Source: Pseudonocardiaceae bacterium (GTDB lineage Bacteria > Actinomycetota > Actinomycetes > Mycobacteriales > Pseudonocardiaceae). Taken from it: 64,000 nucleotides of DNA. Positions 39,807 to 51,360 of the stretch are shown here, one piece after another. A program made the position numbers and the translations under genes. Location of the stretch: contig JBOHHF010000044.1 in the NCBI GenBank assembly GCA_050700495.1, positions 948 to 64,947 on the forward strand, given 5' to 3'. The notes beneath the pieces were generated by a model that was not told the origin of the DNA, searched no databases, and saw only the letters and a program-made list of their open reading frames with translations. Positions within the stretch are counted from its first letter, which is position 1, and every line of letters begins with the position of its first letter.

Positions 39807-40744
39807 GACCGCAGCTCCCGACCGGTGAGATCAAGGAAGACGTCTTCCAGGCTGCGCTTGGCCACTTGCAGATCCTCGGCGAGCACACCCTGCTGAGCGC
39901 ACCATGCCGTCACGGTGGCCATCACCTGCGGATCGATCCCGCCCTCGACCAGGTAACCGCCGGGACGCGGCTCACTGGCTCGGCACCCCTCAGGTAACGC
40001 TGTCCACAGCTGACCTAGGTCCAGACCGGGCCGGGCCGCGAACCGCAGTTGCCGTTGCGCACCCGTGGTAGTCAACTCCGCGGGACTGCCTTGGGCCACT
40101 ACCCGGCCATGATCGATGATTACCACCTGATCGGCCAGCGCTTCGGCCTCCTCCATCAGGTGTGTGGTGAACAGCACGCTGACGCCATCCGCGCGCAACC
40201 TTGCGACGATGTCCCACACCAGCCGACGGGCCTGCGGGTCCATGCCGGCGGTGGGCTCGTCGAGAAAGATCACCTCTGGCCGCCCGACCAGAGCGCAGGC
40301 CAACGCGAGACGCTGCTGCTGGCCGCCGGACAGGCGCTTATAGGGCACCCGGGCGACGGGTGTGAGGCCGAGTACGTCGAGCAGCCATCCGACGTCCAGC
40401 GGCTGCGCGGCACATACCGCAACGAGATGCAGCATCTCGCTGGCCCGCACGCCCGGATAGGCCCCGCCACCTTGCGGCATTACTCCAATTCGGGGGCGCA
40501 ACGCGGCACCGTCGGCGATGGGGTCCAGCCCCAGTACGCGGACCACGCCAGCGTCCGGGCGCAAGAAGCCCTCGCACACTTCGACCGCGGTGGTCTTGCC
40601 GGCGCCGTTGGGCCCGAGCAGGGCGAGCACCGTGGCGGGCGGCATGTGCAGATCGAGCCCGTCGACAGCCCGGATGGCACCGAAGGTGCGGACCAGGCCG
40701 CGGACCTCCACAGCAACCGATGGCGCGGACGGGTTCACGTTCAC
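39803..40744 (-). CDS. ABC transporter ATP-binding protein (exporter type)
   Basis: Walker A GPNGAGKTT, signature LSGGQQQRL, Walker B VIFLDEPTAGMD. Confidence 0.9.
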   Translation of the reverse strand: MNVNPSAPSVAVEVRGLVRTFGAIRAVDGLDLHMPPATVLALLGPNGAGKTTAVEVCEGFLRPDAGVVRVLGLDPIADGAALRPRIGVMPQGGGAYPGVRASEMLHLVAVCAAQPLDVGWLLDVLGLTPVARVPYKRLSGGQQQRLALACALVGRPEVIFLDEPTAGMDPQARRLVWDIVARLRADGVSVLFTTHLMEEAEALADQVVIIDHGRVVAQGSPAELTTTGAQRQLRFAARPGLDLGQLWTALPEGCRASEPRPGGYLVEGGIDPQVMATVTAWCAQQGVLAEDLQVAKRSLEDVFLDLTGRELRS

Positions 40745-40829
40745 AGAGCCTAGGTCGCCGCTCCGGCTCCGGGTGTACCGGCCGGGGATTGGGCTAGCAG
40801 TGCGGGTTCGACCCGGCTAGCCTCAGCCG

Positions 40830-41381
40830 GTGGGTTCGATCGGCGATGCTGGGCGCCGGAGCATCGTGATGGGCGCTCTGGTGTCGGTGGTCGCAATGCA
40901 AGGGTGCGCAACGGGCACATCATCGGTCGCACCGCCCTCGCCGGAGCCGACCACCGAGTCGCACGAAGGTGATGTGAGCAAGTCAGCGGGTCAGGTTGAG
41001 CAGCTGGGTGAGCGGTTCCCTGCACACTACGCGGGCCTCGAGCTGGTTGCCGGCCAGATCGTGATCTACCGCAAGCCATCCACCGATTTCGACCAAGCGT
41101 TGCAGGGCCTGCACCTTCCGGTCGAGGTTGTGGTGCGGGATGCGCCGTATTCGGCTGCCGAGTTGCAGCCGCTTGTCGAGCGAATCCAGGGCGACTTCGA
41201 TTACTGGCGAGGCCTCGGCGTGCCGATCATCACGGTTGGTGCTCGCCATGACGGTACGGCGGTAGAGGTAGGTACTGAGCGTCCTGACCAGGCGAGCCGG
41301 CTGCTTCCCCAGCGGTACGGCGCGGTACCGCCGGTCGTGGCGGTCCGGACCGGACCGGTGGAGCTGATTCCGAACAGGTGA
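40830..41381 (+). CDS. putative secreted lipoprotein
   Basis: Signal-like MGALVSVVAMQG-C lipobox followed by a Ser/Pro/Thr-rich linker. No domain was recognised. Confidence 0.5.
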   Translation: MGSIGDAGRRSIVMGALVSVVAMQGCATGTSSVAPPSPEPTTESHEGDVSKSAGQVEQLGERFPAHYAGLELVAGQIVIYRKPSTDFDQALQGLHLPVEVVVRDAPYSAAELQPLVERIQGDFDYWRGLGVPIITVGARHDGTAVEVGTERPDQASRLLPQRYGAVPPVVAVRTGPVELIPNR

Positions 41382-41737
41382 CTATCCGGCGCGGATTGAC
41401 GCGCTGTATGCCGACTCACTGGAGGATTTCCAGCGCTTGACCGCAGATTGCGAGCGCGCCAACGGCATGGTCACGAGCCTGCGGGTCGACGGTGACTTTG
41501 GCTCGGCGGCCCGCCTTGTCGGCGACCCGTTCGTCCATCGGTGTTCGCTGTTATGTCGCCCGTGCCTCGTGGCGATTGGCGGCTAGCGGGCCGATCTTGA
41601 CGTTGATGCGGGCCGGCAGCGTCTGTTCACGGTCGGCCGCTGAACGGCGCAATGACGTGATCGTCAATCCCGTATCCAGATGGCGGGCATCGGCGTCAGG
41701 GCGTGGCCGTAGATCTCGGACGGACGAGGTCAGCGAC

Positions 41738-43405
41738 TTAAGCCGCGGCTTGTGGTGCAGACGACCGCTTCGAGCCGGCCCGAAGGGTCGCGGACAGTGG
41801 CGGGGTGCGCCCGCGGACCAGCAGCAGCGGTATCACCAGGGTGATCGCCGCGGCTACGATCGCAGCCGGTACCACCCAGGCCCGGAACAGGAAGTCCGAC
41901 CCGGTGGGTGCCACGACCACCGCGAGCAACACCGAGGCCGCCGTGGCAGCGGTGCGAAACGCCGCGTGGGTGGCCGACGCCGCCAGCGGGATCGCGGCCC
42001 ATAGCAGATACCACGGATGCACCACGGGCCCCAGCAGCACCACGGCACCCAGCCCCACCCCGAGACCGGCCAACGGCTCCATCCGTCCTCGCCAACAGCG
42101 CCACAGCAGTAGCAGGCAGACCCCGCCGGCCGCGACCAGCCCGACGGCGCGGGTCAGCACGAGCACCGAGGTGGTGTGGTCCCCTAGTCCCAGTCCGCTG
42201 CCGATCCAGCCGGCCAGCAGGCCCAGATCGGTCACTGCCGACATCCAGCTGCGTACCGCGTTGGGCGTGCCCAGCGCACCAGCCCAGCCGAAGCCCAGCC
42301 CGGTGCCCAGCCCGATCGCCCCGGTGGTGGCCACTGCGACTCCGCCGACCAGCGCCGCCGCCGAGATCAGGTCGCGCAGCCGACCACCACGATGGCGGGC
42401 CAGCCAGACTGTGACGAACCCGAGGGCCAGCGCGGCGGGGATCTTCACCTGCGCAGCCGACGCGATGAGCACCGTGCCGCTGAGCAGGGCCGGCCCCACT
42501 GCGGGCCGTCGCATCGTCAGCTCCAGCCCGACCAGCATCAAACCGATCATCAGCGCCTCGTTGTGCGCCCCGCTGACCAGATGAAATAGCGCCAAGGGGT
42601 TGGCGACCCCGAGCCACATTGCGAACACCGGGGAGACGCCCACCCGGCGGGCCAGGCGGGGCAGCGACCAGACGATCATGACCAGGCCGGCCACCGCAAG
42701 AGTTCGGTGCAACAGCACACCGAGCACGACGTCTTCACCGGCGATCCAGTCGATCGGCCGGCCCAGAGTGAGGAAAAATGGCCCGTAAGGCGCTGGCGTG
42801 TTGCGCCAGATCGTGGGAATTCCCCGGACCAGGGGATGGTCTACGCCCAGTGCGTCGGCCGGCCCGAGCACGTAGGGATCCAGTCCACGGTTGGCCATGG
42901 CACTCTGCGCCAGGTAGCTGTAGACGTCGCGGCTGAACATCGGTGGGGCGATCAGCAGCGGTATCGCCCACATCATCATCGTGCGGTCCAGCTGGGCCCG
43001 GGAGATCAGCCGGGCGCGTCCGGGAGCCGCCAACGCGCCCAGCCATAACCAGGCCAGCACCACCATGGCGATCCCGGTGTAGGCGACCGCCAACGATGCG
43101 GTGGGCATCCGGTTGAACAAGCCCAGCACAGGGCGGCCGACCACTGGATTACCCAGCACCGGAGCCGTACCTGCACCGAGCGACCCCAGGCCCATGAGCA
43201 ACGCGCCTACGGTGCCGAACCGGCGGACGGTATCGAGCTGGCGAGACTCGGTGGGATTGAGGCCGGTACCTCGCGATGGGATGCAGACCGGCGCTACCGG
43301 CACCGGCTGGGATACCCCGACACCGCGCACCCCACCGGCTACCACGCCGGGAAGGGTAGCGGTGCAGCCGGCGACACCGTGCAGCGAGCACGCCGGTGTT
43401 TGCAC
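41738..43405 (-). CDS. GT-C polyprenol-phosphate-mannose-dependent alpha-(1->6)-mannosyltransferase (MptB-like)
   Basis: A polytopic protein of about 555 aa in the position upstream of sufR that MptB occupies in mycobacteria/corynebacteria. Segments such as FSRDVYSYLAQ and DPYVLGP are typical. The start is uncertain. Confidence 0.65.
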   Translation of the reverse strand: MQTPACSLHGVAGCTATLPGVVAGGVRGVGVSQPVPVAPVCIPSRGTGLNPTESRQLDTVRRFGTVGALLMGLGSLGAGTAPVLGNPVVGRPVLGLFNRMPTASLAVAYTGIAMVVLAWLWLGALAAPGRARLISRAQLDRTMMMWAIPLLIAPPMFSRDVYSYLAQSAMANRGLDPYVLGPADALGVDHPLVRGIPTIWRNTPAPYGPFFLTLGRPIDWIAGEDVVLGVLLHRTLAVAGLVMIVWSLPRLARRVGVSPVFAMWLGVANPLALFHLVSGAHNEALMIGLMLVGLELTMRRPAVGPALLSGTVLIASAAQVKIPAALALGFVTVWLARHRGGRLRDLISAAALVGGVAVATTGAIGLGTGLGFGWAGALGTPNAVRSWMSAVTDLGLLAGWIGSGLGLGDHTTSVLVLTRAVGLVAAGGVCLLLLWRCWRGRMEPLAGLGVGLGAVVLLGPVVHPWYLLWAAIPLAASATHAAFRTAATAASVLLAVVVAPTGSDFLFRAWVVPAAIVAAAITLVIPLLLVRGRTPPLSATLRAGSKRSSAPQAAA

Positions 43406-43434
43406 CTACCGCTGAAATAAGTAACATAGGCGTT

Positions 43435-44178
43435 GTGAAAAACGTCGGGACGGATCGAACGCCGGTGGCGCACGCGCCCACTGGCGGGGATGGCCGTACC
43501 CGGGAGTCGGTGGCCCGGATGTTGCTGGAACACGGGCCGGTAACCGCGGCACAGGTCGCGGACTCGCTCGGCCTGAGCCCTGCTGCGGTGCGTCGCCATC
43601 TGGATGCCCTGCTCACTGACGGCCAGGCCAGTTACCGCTCGGCACCGCGCCGCGGTCCCCGCGGCCGGGGCCGTCCGGCCAAGTTGTTTCTGCTCACCGC
43701 TACCGGCAGGTCGCGGTTCGGCCACACCTACGACGATCTGGCAGTGGCTGCGCTGCACTTCCTGTCCGAGCGCGACGGCGAGCAGGCGGTCCGCTCGTTC
43801 GCCGAGCGGCGAGTCATCGACCTGGTCGATCGGCACCGGGCCGCGGTGCTCGCTGCCCCCGACCCGGTCGCGCGTGCCGAAGCGCTGGCGATCGCCCTGA
43901 GCACTGAGGGCTACGCTGCGTCAACCGAGCATGTCGGTGCCGGGGCGCAACTGTGCCAACACCATTGCCCGGTCTCACACGTGGCTGCGGAATTCCCGCA
44001 ACTGTGCGAGGCCGAGACCGCGGCTTTCGCCGACCTACTCGGTACGCACGTGCAGCGGCTGGCCACCATCGCCCGCGGAGACACGGTATGTACGACGTAC
44101 GTTCCCGAGGCTCGGGCGCTGCATAGTGCCCGGACGACTGATCCCACCACAGAACCGGATGGAGGCGTCTCCGCATGA
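43435..44178 (+). CDS. sufR: SufR-type (ArsR-like HTH, Fe-S sensing) transcriptional regulator
   Basis: w[33 protein letters not shown] plus C-terminal Cys ligands ([11 protein letters not shown]...LCEAE...VCTT). It immediately precedes sufB with a 4-nt overlap. GTG 43435 was chosen as start. Confidence 0.8.
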   Translation: MKNVGTDRTPVAHAPTGGDGRTRESVARMLLEHGPVTAAQVADSLGLSPAAVRRHLDALLTDGQASYRSAPRRGPRGRGRPAKLFLLTATGRSRFGHTYDDLAVAALHFLSERDGEQAVRSFAERRVIDLVDRHRAAVLAAPDPVARAEALAIALSTEGYAASTEHVGAGAQLCQHHCPVSHVAAEFPQLCEAETAAFADLLGTHVQRLATIARGDTVCTTYVPEARALHSARTTDPTTEPDGGVSA

Positions 44179-45644
44179 CGACTGCCCCCGAGCAGGATGT
44201 GCGAGCGCAGGATGTGCGAGCCCACCAGACTGCACCCCTGACCCAGGAAGAAACACTTTCCAGTCTGGGTCGCTACGACTACGGCTGGGCCGACTCTGAT
44301 ATCGCCGGCGCCGCCGCCCAGCGCGGCCTGTCGGAAGCCGTGGTGCGGGATATCTCGTCCAAGAAGAATGAGCCGGAGTGGATGCTGGACACCCGGCTCA
44401 AGGCGTTGCGCCTGTTCCATCGCAAGCCGATGCCGCACTGGGGTGCCGACCTGTCCGGAATCGACTTTGACAACATCAAGTACTTCGTCCGGTCGACCGA
44501 GAAGCAGGCTACGTCCTGGGAGGAACTGCCCGAGGACATCAAGGCCACCTATGACCGGTTGGGTATCCCCGAAGCGGAGAAGGCCCGGTTGGTAGCCGGC
44601 GTGGCGGCACAGTACGAGTCCGAGGTCGTCTACCACAAGATCCGGGAGGATCTGGAGGAGCTAGGCGTCCTGTTCCTGGACACCGATACCGCACTGCGCG
44701 AGCAGCCGGAGATCTTCCGGGAGTACTTCTGCAGCGTGATCCCCGCTGGGGACAATAAGTTCTCCGCGTTGAACACCGCGGTATGGTCCGGCGGGTCGTT
44801 CATCTACGTGCCGCCCGGCGTGCACGTCGACATCCCACTTCAGGCTTACTTCCGGATCAACACCGAGAACATGGGCCAGTTCGAGCGGACGCTGATCATC
44901 GTCGACGAAGGTGCCTACGTGCACTACGTGGAGGGCTGCACGGCGCCGATCTACAAGTCCGACTCGCTGCACTCGGCGGTGGTGGAGATCATCGTTCGCA
45001 AGGGCGGCCGATGCCGTTACACCACGATCCAGAACTGGTCGAACAACGTCTACAACCTGGTCACCAAACGGGCCACCGCCGCCGAGGGTGCGACCATGGA
45101 GTGGATCGACGGCAACCTCGGCTCCAAGGTCACCATGAAGTACCCGTCGGTATGGCTGATCGGCGAGCACGCCAAGGGCGAGGTGCTGTCGGTGGCTTGT
45201 GCCGGTGAGGGCCAGCACCAGGACGCCGGGGCGAAGATGGTGCACGCCGCTCCGCACACCTCGAGCACGATCGTCTCCAAGTCGGTGGCCCGCGGCGGCG
45301 GTCGCACCTCCTACCGCGGGCTGGTACAGGTCAACGAGGGCAGCCACCACTCCCGCTCCACGGTCAAGTGCGACGCGCTGCTGGTCGATCAGATCAGCCG
45401 GTCGGACACCTACCCCTATGTCGACATCCGTGAGGACGACGTGTCGATGGGTCACGAGGCCACTGTCTCCAAGATCAGCGATGACCAGCTCTTCTACTTG
45501 ATGAGCCGAGGGCTGACCGAAGACGCGGCAATGGCCATGATCGTGCGCGGGTTCATCGAGCCGATCGCCCGCGAACTGCCCATGGAGTACGCCTTGGAGC
45601 TCAACCGTCTGATCGAGCTGCAGATGGAAGGAGCCGTCGGCTGA
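44175..45644 (+). CDS. sufB: Fe-S cluster assembly scaffold SufB
   Basis: 489 aa with [27 protein letters not shown] and the [15 protein letters not shown] end. No intein insertion. Confidence 0.95.
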   Translation: MTTAPEQDVRAQDVRAHQTAPLTQEETLSSLGRYDYGWADSDIAGAAAQRGLSEAVVRDISSKKNEPEWMLDTRLKALRLFHRKPMPHWGADLSGIDFDNIKYFVRSTEKQATSWEELPEDIKATYDRLGIPEAEKARLVAGVAAQYESEVVYHKIREDLEELGVLFLDTDTALREQPEIFREYFCSVIPAGDNKFSALNTAVWSGGSFIYVPPGVHVDIPLQAYFRINTENMGQFERTLIIVDEGAYVHYVEGCTAPIYKSDSLHSAVVEIIVRKGGRCRYTTIQNWSNNVYNLVTKRATAAEGATMEWIDGNLGSKVTMKYPSVWLIGEHAKGEVLSVACAGEGQHQDAGAKMVHAAPHTSSTIVSKSVARGGGRTSYRGLVQVNEGSHHSRSTVKCDALLVDQISRSDTYPYVDIREDDVSMGHEATVSKISDDQLFYLMSRGLTEDAAMAMIVRGFIEPIARELPMEYALELNRLIELQMEGAVG

Positions 45645-45645
45645 C

Positions 45646-46869
45646 ATGACGGCTACCACTGACCGACCAGCCGGGCACGGTCTGGTCGCGCACTCGCACG
45701 GCGGTGACGCTGAACAAAGCAGTGTGCCGATGGTCTCCCGGGGGCAGCGGTTTACCTCCTACGATGTGGACGCCTTCGAGGTGCCCACCGGCCGCGAGGA
45801 GGAGTGGCGGTTCACTCCGTTGCGACGGTTGCGCGGCTTGCACCAGGGTGTCGCGGCGACCGGCACTGCGCAGGTCGTCGTGCAGGCATCCGGCGGAGTC
45901 TCAGGCGGCGGTGTCACTGTCGAGGAGGTGGGCCCGGCCGACCCCCGCCTCGGCGACGGCGGTGTCCCCGCCGACCGGGTGGCCGCGCAGGCCTGGAGCG
46001 CGATCGAGCAGGCCACTGTCGTGACCGTGGCTGCGGAAACCCGGGTCCAGGACCCAGTAATGATCATTGTGACCGGACCGGGCGCGGGTGAGGTTGCTTA
46101 CGGGCACCTGCAGGTGCGCGTCGAGACCTTCGCCGAGGCTGTGGTGGTACTCGACTACCGCGGCAGTGGCGCGTACGCGGAGAACGTCGAACTGGTCCTC
46201 GCCGACGGTGCCCGGCTGACCCTGGTCAGCGTGCAGGACTGGGCCGACGACGCAGTGCACGTCGCCGCACAGCACACCCGGTTGGGCCGCGACGCGGTGC
46301 TGCGCGCAATAACCGTAAGCCTCGGTGGCGATCTGGTCCGGCAGTCCCCGACGGTGACGTTCACCGAGCCCGGCGGCGACGCCGAGCTGCTGGGTCTCTA
46401 CTTCGCCGACGCCGGGCAGCACCTGGAACACCGGTTGCTGGTCGACCACGCCGTTGCACATTGCCGGTCCAACGTCGCCTACAAGGGCGCGCTGCAAGGC
46501 AGTCCTGGCAAACCCGACGCACACACCGTCTGGATCGGGGACGTGCTCATCCAGGCTGCCGCCGAGGGCACCGAAACCTTCGAGGTCAACCGTAACCTGG
46601 TGCTCAACGATGGGGCGCGGGCCGACTCAGTGCCCAACCTCGAGATCGAGACCGGGGAAATCGTCGGCGCCGGGCACGCCAGCACCACTGGACGCTTCGA
46701 TGACGAGCAGCTGTTCTACCTGACCTCCCGGGGCATCCCGGCCGAGCAGGCCCGCCGGCTGGTCGTCCGGGGCTTCTTCGGTGAGATTCTGCAGAAGATC
46801 ACCGTTCCGCAGGTACGCGAGCGGCTCGAGGCGGCGATCGAGGCCGAGTTGCAGGCGGTGGGGGTATGA
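45646..46869 (+). CDS. sufD: Fe-S cluster assembly protein SufD
   Basis: 407 aa. The C-terminal beta-helix region has TGRFDDEQLFYLTSRGI, typical of SufD. Confidence 0.9.
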   Translation: MTATTDRPAGHGLVAHSHGGDAEQSSVPMVSRGQRFTSYDVDAFEVPTGREEEWRFTPLRRLRGLHQGVAATGTAQVVVQASGGVSGGGVTVEEVGPADPRLGDGGVPADRVAAQAWSAIEQATVVTVAAETRVQDPVMIIVTGPGAGEVAYGHLQVRVETFAEAVVVLDYRGSGAYAENVELVLADGARLTLVSVQDWADDAVHVAAQHTRLGRDAVLRAITVSLGGDLVRQSPTVTFTEPGGDAELLGLYFADAGQHLEHRLLVDHAVAHCRSNVAYKGALQGSPGKPDAHTVWIGDVLIQAAAEGTETFEVNRNLVLNDGARADSVPNLEIETGEIVGAGHASTTGRFDDEQLFYLTSRGIPAEQARRLVVRGFFGEILQKITVPQVRERLEAAIEAELQAVGV

Positions 46870-47213
46870 GCCCTCAACCTATCCGCGTCTGCGGCCTGAG
46901 TGATCTCAAGGACGACGTGCCCGCCGGATTCGAGGTCGACGCTGCGCCGGTGGTTCTGGTCCGCCAGGGGGAACAGGTGTACGCGCTGGCCGACATCTGC
47001 TCGCATGCCGAGATCGCGCTGTCTGAGGGCGAGGTGACCAGCAAGGGCCTGGAGTGCTGGCTGCACGGTTCGTGCTTCGACCTTCGTACCGGTGAGCCGT
47101 CCTCACCACCGGCCTCCGAACCGGTGGACACCTACGCCGTGACGATCGACGGCGACGACGTCTACGTCGATCCGTCTACTGTGACCAACAGTCCATTGGG
47201 ACCAAACCGCTAG
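46866..47213 (+). CDS. Rieske [2Fe-2S] ferredoxin-like protein
   Basis: CSHAE...(17 aa)...CWLHGSCFD Rieske ligands. It is embedded between sufD and sufC. Confidence 0.85.
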   Translation: MSPQPIRVCGLSDLKDDVPAGFEVDAAPVVLVRQGEQVYALADICSHAEIALSEGEVTSKGLECWLHGSCFDLRTGEPSSPPASEPVDTYAVTIDGDDVYVDPSTVTNSPLGPNR

Positions 47214-47233
47214 CAGGAGCTGAGAACACACCG

Positions 47234-47998
47234 ATGGCTACTCTGGAGATCAAGGACCTGCACGTCTCGGTCCGCACCGATGATGAGCAGACCCCCGACA
47301 AGGAGATCCTCGGCGGTGTCGATTTGACCGTCCGGGCGGGGGAGACGCACGCGATGATGGGCCCGAACGGGTCGGGCAAGTCCACCCTGGCCTACTCGAT
47401 CGCCGGGCACCCCAAATACCAGGTCACCTCGGGACAGGTGCTGCTCGACGGCGTCGACGTGCTCACGATGTCGGTGGACGAACGCGCCCGAGCGGGTCTG
47501 TTCCTGGCCATGCAGTATCCGGTCGAGGTGCCCGGCGTGTCGATGACGAACTTCCTGCGTACCGCCGCCACCGCAATCCGTGGCGAGGCACCCAAGCTGC
47601 GCACCTGGGTCAAGGAGGTCAAGGCGGCGATGTCCAATCTGGATATCGAGCCGTCCTTCGCCGAGCGCAATGTGAATGAGGGTTTCTCCGGCGGCGAGAA
47701 GAAGCGTTTCGAGATCCTGCAGCTGTCCCTGCTCAAGCCGAAGATCGCGATCCTGGACGAGACCGACTCGGGCTTGGACGTGGATGCATTGCGGGTGGTG
47801 TCCGAAGGCGTGAACCGGTACCGCGCCAGCGGGGAAGCCGGCGTGCTGCTGATCACCCACTACACCCGGATCCTGCGACACATCACGCCCGACCACGTGC
47901 ATGTGTTCGCGGGCGGGCGGATCGTGGAATCCGGCGGACCGGAGCTGGCGGAGGAGCTTGAGTCCAGCGGTTATGAGCGCTTCACCGTTAGGGTGTGA
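47234..47998 (+). CDS. sufC: Fe-S cluster assembly ATPase SufC
   Basis: Walker A GPNGSGKST, FSGGEKKR, Walker B ILDETDSGLD. Confidence 0.95.
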   Translation: MATLEIKDLHVSVRTDDEQTPDKEILGGVDLTVRAGETHAMMGPNGSGKSTLAYSIAGHPKYQVTSGQVLLDGVDVLTMSVDERARAGLFLAMQYPVEVPGVSMTNFLRTAATAIRGEAPKLRTWVKEVKAAMSNLDIEPSFAERNVNEGFSGGEKKRFEILQLSLLKPKIAILDETDSGLDVDALRVVSEGVNRYRASGEAGVLLITHYTRILRHITPDHVHVFAGGRIVESGGPELAEELESSGYERFTVRV

Positions 47999-49760
<1,762 letters not shown>

Positions 49761-49764
<4 letters not shown>

Positions 49765-50165
49765 GCCTGAATGAGGATGCCGAGGTGGTACGTGGTGCCG
49801 CCGGGATGCCTGTGGTTCCCGAGCCTCGTGCGGATGGCGAGCTAGCAGAGGTCGACGACGTCGAGGAAGCGATGCGCGATGTGGTTGACCCGGAGCTGGG
49901 CATCAACGTGGTCGACCTCGGTCTGGTCTATGACATCCACGTCGATGAGGGCAACGTCGCCACTCTGGACATGACGTTGACCTCTGCGGCGTGCCCGTTG
50001 ACCGACGTCATCGAGGACCAGACCCGCGCTGCGCTGACCGGTGGCCCTGGCGGGGGACTGGTCGACGACGTGCGGATCAACTGGGTGTGGATGCCACCGT
50101 GGGGCCCGGACAAGATCACCGAAGACGGCCGGGAACAACTGCGAGCTCTGGGTTTCACCGTCTGA
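49761..50165 (+). CDS. sufT: DUF59/SufT-type Fe-S assembly protein
   Basis: VVDPELGINVVDLGLVY and TLTSAACP motifs. Last gene of the suf operon. Confidence 0.85.
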
Positions 50166-50344
50166 CGGGGTGACCGTAGCGGCGAGGGCGAACCAGGACA
50201 GTTTCGGCGTGGCCTTTGGCTTTCGTTCTTACTTCACGTCGCTGAAGCTTATTTGGTGTGGCGACCGAGCTACGAAGGCGCCCGAACTCCTGTCCCCACT
50301 TAGGGCTTCACCGTCTGACTCGGAGCTGTGCCAGGCTCGACGGT

Positions 50345-51349
50345 GTGACCGATACTGTGCCTCGCTCCCGGGTGAGCGCTTGGTACTACGCCCTGCGCAC
50401 CACCAACCCGCCGGATGGCCCGATCGATGCGGTGACCCGCTGGATCGTGGTCTCCCGCGCGGCCGTGTTGCCGATGACGCTGGTCGCCGGGTTGGTGGCC
50501 GGGTTGCTCGCCGCCCGTGCGCCCGGTGTGGACTGGCGCTGGCTGGTCCTGGCCGTCCTCGGGATCCTGCTGGCGCACCTGGCCAACAACCTGATGAACG
50601 ACCTCTACGACACCAGCGCCGGTTCCGACACTGCGGGTTACCCGCGGGCGCTCTACGCCCCGCATCCAATCCTGTCTGGGCTGGTCACCCGCCGGGCGCT
50701 GATCATGTCCGTGTTACTGGTCAACGCTGCGGACCTGGCGATCCTCATCGTGCTCGCGCTGGTGCGAGGCTGGCCCATCGTGGCGTTCGCGTTGGCCGGT
50801 TTCGTGCTGTCGGTGGCCTACACCGCACCGCCGCTGCGGTTGAAGAAGCGCGGTCTGGGAGAGCCGGACGTGCTCGTCGTGTGGGGACCGCTGATGGTCG
50901 GTGGCACGTACTACGCGGCGGTGGGGTCGGTGACCTGGCAGGTGCTGCTCGCGTCGCTGCCGTACGCCCTGCTGTGCACGTCGGTGCTAATGGGCAAGCA
51001 CACCGACAAGATCCCGTACGACGAGCCGCTCGGGATTCACACGCTACCGGTGTTGCTCGGCGAGCGGCGAGCCCGAGCCGCGACGCTGACCATGATGGCA
51101 GGCTTCTACCTGCTCGTCGTGATATGCGTGCTGGTCGGCGCGCTGCCGTGGCCGGCGCTGCTTGCACTTGGCGGGCTTTACCGGCTGGGAAAGGTCTGGC
51201 GGTGGTTCCGGGCGCCCCGACCGGAGAAGCCGCCGCGCCCGGTGCCGGTGTGGCCGCTGTGGTTTGCCGCGTTGGCGTTCGTGCACCTGCGGGTCGCCGG
51301 CCCGCTGCTTGTCCTCGGCTTGGCCGTCGCCGCGATCGTGGGAATCTGA
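50345..51349 (+). CDS. UbiA-family aromatic prenyltransferase (MenA-like)
   Basis: Polytopic, with the NNLMNDLYD Asp-rich motif. The overlapping 838-aa ORF in another frame is spurious over this span. The start is uncertain (GTG 50345). Confidence 0.75.
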   Translation: MTDTVPRSRVSAWYYALRTTNPPDGPIDAVTRWIVVSRAAVLPMTLVAGLVAGLLAARAPGVDWRWLVLAVLGILLAHLANNLMNDLYDTSAGSDTAGYPRALYAPHPILSGLVTRRALIMSVLLVNAADLAILIVLALVRGWPIVAFALAGFVLSVAYTAPPLRLKKRGLGEPDVLVVWGPLMVGGTYYAAVGSVTWQVLLASLPYALLCTSVLMGKHTDKIPYDEPLGIHTLPVLLGERRARAATLTMMAGFYLLVVICVLVGALPWPALLALGGLYRLGKVWRWFRAPRPEKPPRPVPVWPLWFAALAFVHLRVAGPLLVLGLAVAAIVGI

Positions 51350-51360
51350 GACGGCGCTGG

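Noticed and set aside
41382-41737. A possible small gene or pseudogene between the lipoprotein gene and the MptB-like gene (for example a 40-aa minus-strand ORF MDERVADKAGRR...).
   Set aside because: It is too short, has no SD and no family signature. It could be debris, but it cannot be supported.
44175-45644. Possible intein in SufB, as in some mycobacteria.
   Set aside because: At 489 aa the protein is standard SufB length, and the conserved blocks are contiguous.
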